Source: a virus
Taxonomy: Duplodnaviria; Caudoviricetes
Reading direction: 5' to 3' (one strand)
DNA length: 35,227 nucleotides
IMG/VR virus record: IMGVR_UViG_3300031519_006214
Coordinates: 1-35,227 of that record
Positions 17,617-26,053 of this stretch are shown here, piece by piece; positions within the stretch are counted from its first letter, which is position 1, and each line of letters starts with the position of its first letter. A program made the position numbers and the translations under genes. The notes under the pieces are model-generated. The model saw only the letters and a list, made by a program, of their open reading frames with translations. It had not been told where the DNA came from and did no database searches.

Positions 17617-18576
17617 TTATTCTGGATTCGCTACAAATCTAATTTTAACTGTGCCTTGTCCACCTCGCAATCCGTGATCTCTTACATTACTACACGGTGT
17701 GACACCAGGAGCAGGAATACCAGGAGGTACCATATAAATGCAGCCTTGGGCTTCATAACAACCACAATATCTATTGCCAGCCCAGCAGTAATCATAAAAT
17801 GATCCGTTAGTTGGAGATGCTGATGTGCCTGCTACTCCTTGGAAGAATGAGTTAACATAATGTCCACCTCTAGTGGCGCCTGGATCAGCAGTAGCAACAA
17901 TAGTAGACGGGCAAGTGCTGTATACATTAGCACTGGTCCTAACGTGCTGTTTATGGAAGCACCAGCATGCTGGGTTACAATGGGTAAATTCTATACAACT
18001 AAATTCTCCATTGCAATTAACAGAGCCGCCGTAAGCTGTTGGTAAAAAGTAACCACTTCCGTAATTGCATACTATACCGCATCCTGCACTGCCTACTTGT
18101 GATACACAGTGTCCCAATGCTTCAAAACAGCAGTATATAGGAGTACCGTCAACACACCCACTGGTGCCAGCTCTTCCACCTTGAGCACACATACAAGTAC
18201 ACTCAGCAGCACATATACGAACTCCACTTGACTCACTACATCCTCTAAAACATATCTGATCAGAATTGCCGCACGATTGTCCGACTTGTCCTGATATCCG
18301 TTGGCCTTCTGTTATGTCAACAGTTCGTTTAGAATATGCGCCTGGATTTCCTGGGAGGCCTGCGCCACAGCAGCACATCTTGGAAGCTGAGCCTTGTGCT
18401 CCCCAAACTTCTACGTGAGCAACTCCGTCACTTGGAGCATACCAGCAAAACTCGCATCTAAAATTGGTCCGGTATGTACCTGCATACATAACAAATATTT
18501 GACCTTGGTCTATGTTAGTTTCGGATATCTGTGCAATTGTTTGTTTATTCTGTAATAATGTACTTAGATTTGCCAT
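17617..18576 (-). CDS. Cys-rich glycine-rich fibre-tip-like protein, paralogue 3
   Basis: WYAPSDG...EVWGAQGS..MCCCG.G.PGNPGAY...RGGQGTVKIRF. About 29 Cys in 319 aa (hand count). Confidence 0.65.
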   Translation of the reverse strand: MANLSTLLQNKQTIAQISETNIDQGQIFVMYAGTYRTNFRCEFCWYAPSDGVAHVEVWGAQGSASKMCCCGAGLPGNPGAYSKRTVDITEGQRISGQVGQSCGNSDQICFRGCSESSGVRICAAECTCMCAQGGRAGTSGCVDGTPIYCCFEALGHCVSQVGSAGCGIVCNYGSGYFLPTAYGGSVNCNGEFSCIEFTHCNPACWCFHKQHVRTSANVYSTCPSTIVATADPGATRGGHYVNSFFQGVAGTSASPTNGSFYDYCWAGNRYCGCYEAQGCIYMVPPGIPAPGVTPCSNVRDHGLRGGQGTVKIRFVANPE

Positions 18577-18577
18577 G

Positions 18578-19534
18578 TTATGATCCTATAAATTTAATTC
18601 TTGTTGCGCCGTGACCACCACGTAGTCCGAAGTCCACAATTGATGAATCCATTCCTATGCCTGATAGTCCAGGGACGCCGTATGGCAGCGCCGGTGTACA
18701 CCCCCATGTCTGATAACACGCACACCCTCGGCCACTGCTCCAGCATGATGCTTGATGTCCGCCGATTGTAGGAGATCTTCCTGCAACACTTAACGCACCT
18801 AATAACTGCGACAAACCGTCACCTGTACACTGATAACTAACTGTCTCTCGTTCTCTATTAATAGTTAATACAGCGCCTTCTGTGCCAAAGATGCCAGGGG
18901 CCACTGCTACATGGTCTTGGTAACTACATTTACAACACGGATTACAATGAAAGAAACTTGCACAACTGAAGCCACCGCATTTGTTTATATCTCCGCCATA
19001 TGCCTTACCCATTTCTGTATTATTACAAACAGTAAAACAACCCGAGCTTCCTAATTGTGTGCCGCACATGCCAAATCGAGACATCATACAACAAGAATTT
19101 GAATTGCCTTCAACACACCCAACTCGTCCACCGTAGCCGCCTTCAGCGCATAAACATACACATCCGCCACTATGACAAACAGTCATACACGTTGATGAAC
19201 CGCATCCTCGCCAACATAAGCTGTCAGCATTGCCACAGCTTATACCGACGCATCCTGATACATAGCTACCACTTTGAACATTTACTGTCTTTTTAACGTA
19301 TGCTCCTGGATTTCCAGCAACACCTGCTCCACAGCAACACATTTTGCCGCCACTGCCGCTTGAACCCCATATTTCAATAATTGCAATGCCAGAAGCTGGC
19401 GCTCTCCAACAAATATTACATCTAAATGCTTCATATGAGCCTGGATGAAAAACAGAAATATCTCCAGTTTCAAGATTGGTTTCTTGTGTTAATGGACTCA
19501 GTCGTTCGCTTAATAAATTACTTAATGTTGCCAT
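18578..19534 (-). CDS. Cys-rich glycine-rich fibre-tip-like protein, paralogue 2
   Basis: WRAPASG...EIWGSSGSG.KMCCCG...GNPGAY...RGGHGATRIKF. About 31 Cys in 318 aa. Confidence 0.65.
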   Translation of the reverse strand: MATLSNLLSERLSPLTQETNLETGDISVFHPGSYEAFRCNICWRAPASGIAIIEIWGSSGSGGKMCCCGAGVAGNPGAYVKKTVNVQSGSYVSGCVGISCGNADSLCWRGCGSSTCMTVCHSGGCVCLCAEGGYGGRVGCVEGNSNSCCMMSRFGMCGTQLGSSGCFTVCNNTEMGKAYGGDINKCGGFSCASFFHCNPCCKCSYQDHVAVAPGIFGTEGAVLTINRERETVSYQCTGDGLSQLLGALSVAGRSPTIGGHQASCWSSGRGCACYQTWGCTPALPYGVPGLSGIGMDSSIVDFGLRGGHGATRIKFIGS

Positions 19535-19538
19535 TCGA

Positions 19539-20516
19539 TTATCCTATAAATTTAATTCTTACTGCACCATGACCACCACGCAATCCATGATCTCTTACGT
19601 TATCGCATGGTGTTCCTGAAGGACCTGGAATACCGTGTGGTAAATATGCCTTGCAGCCAGAGATATCATAGCAGCCGCATGCTTCGCCGCCTGACCAACA
19701 AAACGACACCGGCTGGCCCATTCCTGGCTGTCTTGACAACGAATTTAGAGCTGACACAAACGGATGGTAAGAAGCTCCTGATACTTGCGAATATCCTCGA
19801 TCAGCTTCAGTTTTATATGTAATTGTGCCGCCATCATTTGCAAACACTCCTGGAGATGTTTTTACGTGATGATCGATACTACAGTTACAACAACTATTAC
19901 AATGGTAATAAGTAGTACAACTAAAGCCGCCACTACAATTTATATCGCCGCCTGTAGCTAATGCAATATCTGCGTCTACTTTTCTATTACAAACTAATCC
20001 GCAGCCTGTGCTTCCGTATTGTGTATTACAAAAAGAATTAGCTACAAAACAGCAATAATGACTATTTCCACTTGAACCGTTAAATGAACATCCACCTATG
20101 CCTCCATCTGCACACATTGTACCGTCTGTCGACGATGTAACATAACAAATACACGTAGGAGTACTTCTTCCACGATAAAATTGTACATCAGTATTGCCGC
20201 AGCTCATACCCATAGTTCCTGCAATAGTATCATTTGTATTAACTGAAAGGGTTCTTCGACTGTATGCTCCTGGATTTCCAGGAACGCCGCCGCCACAGCA
20301 GCACTCTTTTGCGCCAGAACCGCTTGCGCCCCATATTTCAACAATTACTGTTCCGTTTCGAGGCGCTGACCAAGCTACTTCTTTACGATAGTCCACAGCT
20401 TCTGTACTTGCATAGACGCCTGGATTGAAGTAATATACTTCACCCTTTTCTATATTAACTTCCGTAAAAGTAATATTTTGCGATTTTGCTTTTAAAATTG
20501 ATGATAGAGTTGCCAT
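19539..20516 (-). CDS. Cys-rich glycine-rich fibre-tip-like protein, paralogue 1
   Basis: WSAPRNG...EIWGASGSG.KECCCG...GNPGAY...RGGHGAVRIKF. About 24 Cys in 325 aa. Confidence 0.65.
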   Translation of the reverse strand: MATLSSILKAKSQNITFTEVNIEKGEVYYFNPGVYASTEAVDYRKEVAWSAPRNGTVIVEIWGASGSGAKECCCGGGVPGNPGAYSRRTLSVNTNDTIAGTMGMSCGNTDVQFYRGRSTPTCICYVTSSTDGTMCADGGIGGCSFNGSSGNSHYCCFVANSFCNTQYGSTGCGLVCNRKVDADIALATGGDINCSGGFSCTTYYHCNSCCNCSIDHHVKTSPGVFANDGGTITYKTEADRGYSQVSGASYHPFVSALNSLSRQPGMGQPVSFCWSGGEACGCYDISGCKAYLPHGIPGPSGTPCDNVRDHGLRGGHGAVRIKFIG

Positions 20517-20529
20517 GTTTAATCCTTAA

Positions 20530-20862
20530 TTACGAGCTGGTAATTACCCAACCATACGTGTTGCCTGTAAACAACAATGTAACGATAGCGCCGTTAACAT
20601 CTAAAACTAGATCTGATCCAGCTTCTTGAATTAATGACCCGTTTCTGCCAACAGTAACATTATTTGTGTTAAATGCTCCACCAACGTCAATTATTTGCAC
20701 TTGGTCGCCTTCTAGTAATGTTGCGTTAGCAGGCAATGTTACTGTAAATGCTGTTGACGCCGAATCACATAAAATTCTATCGTTAACACTGGCACTATAT
20801 GCTGTTGTTGCTGCTATAGTTACAACATTTGCAGTTCCTGTAGTTGTTATAAATCTTCCCAT
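20530..20862 (-). CDS. Small tail/baseplate adaptor (T4 gp9/gp34-like beta-sandwich repeat)
   Basis: ILCDS...FTVTLPA....GDQVQIID..G.F.TNNVTVGRNG..I.....DLVL......TLLF.....GW. Confidence 0.6.
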   Translation of the reverse strand: MGRFITTTGTANVVTIAATTAYSASVNDRILCDSASTAFTVTLPANATLLEGDQVQIIDVGGAFNTNNVTVGRNGSLIQEAGSDLVLDVNGAIVTLLFTGNTYGWVITSS

Positions 20863-20882
20863 TATAATAGTTCCTCTGTTAG

Positions 20883-20890
20883 TATTTATG
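20883..20890 (-). promoter_or_regulatory. Late promoter candidate (CATAAATA) overlapping upstream stop codon
   Basis: About 21 nt before the ATG at 20862, ahead of a GAGG SD. Confidence 0.55.
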
Positions 20891-21206
20891 CAATTGAAGT
20901 TTCTATTCCAAATGCAACAACAGTTACGTTTGCTGCGCTGGAATAAACCACTAATTTTTTAGTTGCATCTAAAACAATACCTGTCCTTTCAAGAACGCCT
21001 TTGCCTAAAATTTCGACATCGTATTCTAACCATTCTGTATCGTCTGGTGTATCGGCGGCTGCTAATGCTAACCTGACTGATACTGCGCTGTTTCCTCTAT
21101 TACAAAAAGACACAGTACCAATCGTAAATGTACTTGCCGGTGTTGTATAGATTGTAGTTAAAGTAGCAGATGCTAAATCTGCGCTTCCTAATTTACCTGT
21201 AGCCAT
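20886..21206 (-). CDS. Small virion protein, distant paralogue of 31592-31921
   Basis: TIYT.PA...TI......N......V.L......WL.YDV.I....L....IVL....L.V pattern shared with the 109 aa ORF. Each follows a large structural gene. Confidence 0.55.
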   Translation of the reverse strand: MATGKLGSADLASATLTTIYTTPASTFTIGTVSFCNRGNSAVSVRLALAAADTPDDTEWLEYDVEILGKGVLERTGIVLDATKKLVVYSSAANVTVVAFGIETSIA

Positions 21207-21216
21207 ATTTTTCTCC

Positions 21217-24200
21217 TTATGAACCTATATAGTAATTGACTGCTAATGGACTACCACCAACGCCGCCGTTAAAGTTAACTGTTTGATTTATATTAATTGC
21301 AGCACCAGTTGTGGTTGTAATAGTATCAGTTGAGATTTGTATTAAACCTGCTGTAATGCTATTTACATTCAATGTAGCTGCACCGCCACCTATTTGTGAT
21401 GTAATATAAGTTTTAATTGCTTTCTGTGTTGGCACAATTGTATCGCTGTCTGCGGTAAATGTGCCGTCTGTGCTAAACTCGTTAATTGTTGCTCCACCGC
21501 CGCCGAGGCCTAGCTCGCCTAGTGAAAGTTCTTGTAGTCCGCTAATATTAAATGCATCAGCGTTTAGTGTAGCAACACCTGTACTCTGCTCAACACTAAA
21601 CAAGTCGCCAACTCTAAAGTTACCATCTTGGTCAGTACTTGTAAAGAATACTCGACCACCTCCGCCTTCTTGTGTTTCGTTTACAGAATTTACAGGATTA
21701 ACTGGTGCATCTGGATAATTAGTATCTGCAAAATTACCAGTACCGATATCTAAGAAATCATGTCCTGTTAATCGCACTTGTGAATACCTAATACGCATAG
21801 TTATTTCAACGCCTTGAGCAGGAGAATTTTCAATTCCTATATCAGGACTTATTTGTAATTGTGCGGTGCCGCCTGCATAACTTCTAACAGCAACTAGTTT
21901 AAATACTTGATTGTTGCCAGCAATAGTTACGTTTGATCCTGCCAATGGTTCTTGTGTCAGGTTTGATACTTGTAAAAATTCAGCAGCTTGAAAAATTGGA
22001 GCGTAGCCATCGCCAGTGATAGTCGATTCAGCAGTTACATAATCTGTACCTCTATTAGTCCAAGTAGGCTGTGCAAGTACACCGTTGCCTAATCTTATTT
22101 CAGTAGGTGCTTCTAATGTATTACCAGGATCTGTTATAGTAATAGTCGGTGACACCGAATAACCTACACCCGGATCTAGTATTACAATTTTAACAATCTT
22201 TTCGTCGTCGATTATTGCTCTTGCTTTTGTTGTGTCTGCATATAGTCCACTCGGCGGTGCAGTAAACGAAATCCTTGGTTCTATAATATAATTTGTAGAA
22301 GTATCTAATGTTGTTTCAATAGCAACCCCAGTTAGGTGATCCCATCCAGCAGAGTCATCACTGCATTTTTTAATAGTTGCAATCTTAGTACCAGCATTAT
22401 ATGTATCAATATATCCATACTGTCCTGCGCCTGTGCCTGTAGTAATATATATTGCCATGCCAGTATATGCTGCACTTAATGCAACGTCAGTATTAGAAAT
22501 TGTAATCTGTGTAGCTGTACCGCCTTGAGAAGCATTTTGAGCTGTTCTATAGCCTGCACCGCCTACATCTCCTATTCCGTCAACTGGATCAGAAACATCT
22601 GTATTGCGCATTCTAACTTCAAATACGCCGCCATTTACTACAACAGGACTATTAACGGCTGCGCCGTATCCTTCGCCTGCTATGTTAATAGTTGTGCCGA
22701 CAGCTGTATATGCATTACCGGCATTTGCATATTGCAATGCTAATATGTTATTTCCATCTGTAAACACACTATCTACAATAGCTTCAAACGATCTATTGTT
22801 TACTGTGCCTGTAATTGGCACTTCTGTACCGTCAACTCCTTCGGCAACTGTACCAAATGTACCATATGAACTGTTACCGTTAGTAGCACGAATTTTTCCG
22901 CCATTCTCTGCTAGGTAACCAATGTGACCGTAGTATGAGAACACAGATACAAGCTCTGCTCTGCCTAAGTTAGTAATCCAAGCACCAATGCCATCACTTA
23001 AAATTTGTGTAAAGTCGTTTGCAACAATACTATCGTTGCCGCCTGCATGCAAGTCTCCGTCAACTTTCATACCAACACATCCTGTGCCAAATGTTGATAC
23101 GTTTTGTACGTATGGAGATTTATTTGAAATCCATGCACGAGTATCTGCGGTCCCCCAGCCTGGGTCTAAACTTACAAATGCACCTGCACTCGGGCGTTTA
23201 GTTCCAAACGAGTTTGCAGTACTAAGTGTGCCGTTAAGGCCACTTAATGAACAGTTACGTAAACCTGTACCGTTGCGCAGTAAGAACATATTTTCTAATG
23301 TAGAACCCATTACTGCATTTACATAATATTTTGCTGCTAGTAATGATTTATAGTTACCTGTATAAATTAAATCATACTTAATAGCATCTAAATATGCATT
23401 AATATCTCTAGAACATTTAGCTTCACTGTATACATAAGCAGGATAAGTATCTGCAATGTGTGCTAGTATTTCTGCAACAATAAATGCACGGTTAGCTTCA
23501 ATTGACTCGACAGCATATGTATAGTCGGTTGTAGTATTAGGTGCATTTGTTCCGTAAGTTACAGGAACTGTAGAGTCGCCTGTCGCACCGTTTACTCCCC
23601 AGTCTACATAGTCGTATATTTGTTGTACAAGCTCAGTTGCAAATGTTCCTGCTGCTGCTGCGCCTACAACATGTGTTGTAATAGGATTTAATGAGTTACC
23701 TGTTGTTTTTGTAACATTGCCCGGAGCAGTAACAATGTCGGCCATAATAGCTTGAAGTCTAGTAAGTGCATTTAAACTATACGGAGTATCCGTGTTTGAA
23801 ACTATACTGCCTGCTGCAACCATACGTGTTGAACGTAATTCGTCTCCAACTACTGCTGTGTTTTCAGGAACAATGATCGGAAGTACTTCAGTAAATTGGC
23901 CTGTTTTAACAAATATAGTGTTTTGAGGATTTAGTTCTACTGGAATACTTGTAGTAGATTCTGCTGCAACTGCCTCTGTAATAATCTCTAAAAGTGTACT
24001 TATAGTAGTTTGTGCATCTGATTCTTCAGTTTTAGTTACATCAGTTGTTCGATTTAATGATCCGTATATTACAGCCGGAGCTACATTGCTAATAACTGCA
24101 TCGATTACAGTTTCCATATAGTTAATTGCAGCAACTAATTGTTCATCTTCATCTGCAATTGCAGCAATTAAATCACCATTATTATCAAAATAAGTTAAGG

Positions 24201-26019
24201 CAGCAGTTCTTGTTCTCTTGTTTCCAGAATGTCCTAGATCCCAAAGTAATGCATCTATTATTTGTCCCATATCTCTACGACAAGATGCGATATTATCATT
24301 TGTAAATCCAGTCCATATTCCTGTGCCGATTACAATTTGTGCTTCTACCCATTCAACTGTTTCGTCTTGAATAAATGCTTTATTAATCTCTAATAAATAT
24401 CTAGCGTCAGGTCGCAATGGTCCTTTATCAACTTGTTCTGTTGCGTAACGAATAGTTTTCCATGGCTGATCTAATGTCGATCCGTAAATTGGAGCAGGGC
24501 TATCTACACCGTTTGTAGTTTCAACGTAGTAAATATTATTAATAGCACCTAAGTATTTCCACGACGGAGCATCGGCAGTTGTATTAACTGTTAATACTTG
24601 ACCAACTGTTCCAACTGGCAATCTAGCAGGGCCGCTTCCGCCATAGTAAAGCATATCGCCTTCTGTTGTAAGAACATTGTTCTCTGCTCCAGCTGCTAAA
24701 ATATTCCATTCACTGCCGTCTACATCTTGGTCTGGTCTATTTTGTAGTGTAACTTCGTCTGATGTATGTGTCAGAACGCATACATAGCTGTTATCACCAT
24801 ATTTTACAGCATCACCTAAATCGTAAATTGTCGCGTCTGCCCAAGTAGCTTTCCAATATATACCACTGTTAAGTCTATCCCAATATGTTGCATTTGGAGG
24901 ACGTTGACCATTGCCAGGGCCGCCTGTGCCGTGGTCTGCAATACACAAATATGTGTAGCCGCCGATGCTAACTACATCGCCTGTTCTGTATTCGTAGTCT
25001 GCACTATCTTCAGCCCACTCACCTTTAAAGCTAAATCCGCTATTAAATAAGTCCCACGATGCTGCATTTTCTGTTGGCTTTAATCCGTTATTAGATAGTA
25101 CCGCAACGTAGTTATAGCCGCCCCACGTTGCAATGTCACCTGGTTGATATTGTTTGCTAGTATCCCAGCTATTTTCAAATTCTAAGCCTTCAACAAATTG
25201 TGCCCAATTAGTTTCGTCAGTTAAAAAATCAGCTGTACTAGTATGGTATGTTGTACAAATATAAAGGCCGCCGCCTTGTTTAACAACATCATTAATTTTA
25301 TATCTTGTACCGCTTGCCCAATTAAACTTGTATTCAATTCCGTTGTGAAAATAATCCCACTTGGATTGGTCGCCTTCTAAACCAGTTGAACTACTATCAG
25401 AGCTTGTATGTCCTGTGTTACAAACATATACTGTGCCGCCGTACTTAACAACGTCATTTACAACATATCGAACACTAACAGTCCAGTCACCTTTCCACGA
25501 AACACCTGAAGAAAATTCGTTCCATTTAGCTTGGTCTGCTTCGAGGCCTAAAATATCATTAGCTGCACTAGTATGTTCAGTAATACAAATATAAACAGTA
25601 CTATTATATTTTACAATATCGTTTTCTTTATATCGTGTTTCAGCTGTCCAATTTGTTTTATAATCAAATCCTTCGGCATACTGATCCCACAGACTTTCGT
25701 CATCTTCTAAACCAAGGGTGGTAGTTGCTGCCGATGTGTGCGCAGTGTTTGTAATATAAAGGTTGCCGCCATATTTGACGACGTCATTAATTTTATAAAA
25801 AGTTCCTACATTCCAGTCACCTTTCCATTCTTGGCCATCGCTTAACTTATTCCAAAATGTTATAGAGTCGGTTGCAAAGTTCGCAGAACTTGCATGACCT
25901 TTAATACAAACATACGTGTTGCCACCATTTCTTACAATATCATCTTTGTAGTATGTTATAGAAGATGCCCATACATTCTTCCAAACAAATCTGATTCTAC
26001 CTAATTTAAACTCTGCCAT
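21217..26019 (-). CDS. Large virion/tail protein (1600 aa): 8 CBM5/12-like repeats plus beta-helix-like core with two helical inserts
   Basis: N-terminal W-x5-Y-x3-D[IV]V-x-Y-GG-x2-Y-x-C-x3-HTS repeats, TTEGDMLY..RL..G..GQVL, IFVKTG.F.E.LP..VP....VGDELR and TSTDQDGNFRVG. Confidence 0.78.
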   Translation of the reverse strand: MAEFKLGRIRFVWKNVWASSITYYKDDIVRNGGNTYVCIKGHASSANFATDSITFWNKLSDGQEWKGDWNVGTFYKINDVVKYGGNLYITNTAHTSAATTTLGLEDDESLWDQYAEGFDYKTNWTAETRYKENDIVKYNSTVYICITEHTSAANDILGLEADQAKWNEFSSGVSWKGDWTVSVRYVVNDVVKYGGTVYVCNTGHTSSDSSSTGLEGDQSKWDYFHNGIEYKFNWASGTRYKINDVVKQGGGLYICTTYHTSTADFLTDETNWAQFVEGLEFENSWDTSKQYQPGDIATWGGYNYVAVLSNNGLKPTENAASWDLFNSGFSFKGEWAEDSADYEYRTGDVVSIGGYTYLCIADHGTGGPGNGQRPPNATYWDRLNSGIYWKATWADATIYDLGDAVKYGDNSYVCVLTHTSDEVTLQNRPDQDVDGSEWNILAAGAENNVLTTEGDMLYYGGSGPARLPVGTVGQVLTVNTTADAPSWKYLGAINNIYYVETTNGVDSPAPIYGSTLDQPWKTIRYATEQVDKGPLRPDARYLLEINKAFIQDETVEWVEAQIVIGTGIWTGFTNDNIASCRRDMGQIIDALLWDLGHSGNKRTRTAALTYFDNNGDLIAAIADEDEQLVAAINYMETVIDAVISNVAPAVIYGSLNRTTDVTKTEESDAQTTISTLLEIITEAVAAESTTSIPVELNPQNTIFVKTGQFTEVLPIIVPENTAVVGDELRSTRMVAAGSIVSNTDTPYSLNALTRLQAIMADIVTAPGNVTKTTGNSLNPITTHVVGAAAAGTFATELVQQIYDYVDWGVNGATGDSTVPVTYGTNAPNTTTDYTYAVESIEANRAFIVAEILAHIADTYPAYVYSEAKCSRDINAYLDAIKYDLIYTGNYKSLLAAKYYVNAVMGSTLENMFLLRNGTGLRNCSLSGLNGTLSTANSFGTKRPSAGAFVSLDPGWGTADTRAWISNKSPYVQNVSTFGTGCVGMKVDGDLHAGGNDSIVANDFTQILSDGIGAWITNLGRAELVSVFSYYGHIGYLAENGGKIRATNGNSSYGTFGTVAEGVDGTEVPITGTVNNRSFEAIVDSVFTDGNNILALQYANAGNAYTAVGTTINIAGEGYGAAVNSPVVVNGGVFEVRMRNTDVSDPVDGIGDVGGAGYRTAQNASQGGTATQITISNTDVALSAAYTGMAIYITTGTGAGQYGYIDTYNAGTKIATIKKCSDDSAGWDHLTGVAIETTLDTSTNYIIEPRISFTAPPSGLYADTTKARAIIDDEKIVKIVILDPGVGYSVSPTITITDPGNTLEAPTEIRLGNGVLAQPTWTNRGTDYVTAESTITGDGYAPIFQAAEFLQVSNLTQEPLAGSNVTIAGNNQVFKLVAVRSYAGGTAQLQISPDIGIENSPAQGVEITMRIRYSQVRLTGHDFLDIGTGNFADTNYPDAPVNPVNSVNETQEGGGGRVFFTSTDQDGNFRVGDLFSVEQSTGVATLNADAFNISGLQELSLGELGLGGGGATINEFSTDGTFTADSDTIVPTQKAIKTYITSQIGGGAATLNVNSITAGLIQISTDTITTTTGAAININQTVNFNGGVGGSPLAVNYYIGS
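24688..25983 (-). repeat. Eight ~52-58 aa Trp/Tyr-rich carbohydrate-binding-like repeats
   Basis: Counted in the translation, e.g. WKGDWNVGTFYKINDVVKYGGNLY...HTS...W. Confidence 0.8.
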
Positions 26020-26042
26020 TTGATACTCCGACTTTCATATTA

Positions 26043-26050
26043 TATTTATC
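26043..26050 (-). promoter_or_regulatory. Late promoter candidate (GATAAATA)
   Basis: Intergenic, ~24 nt before the ATG at 26019, ahead of a GGAG SD. Confidence 0.6.
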
Positions 26051-26053
26051 TTT

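Noticed and set aside
9523-20516. Diversity-generating retroelement or invertase shufflon acting on adhesin genes
   Set aside because: No reverse transcriptase or recombinase, no adenine-specific TR/VR pair, and all cassettes are in one orientation with their own starts.
17617-20516. Cys-rich ORFs as RiPP precursors, metallothioneins or a sign of TGY codon reassignment
   Set aside because: They are full-length proteins on a Gly-rich adhesin frame, and Cys usage in neighbouring enzymes is normal (e.g. GCFD, LNCVAN).
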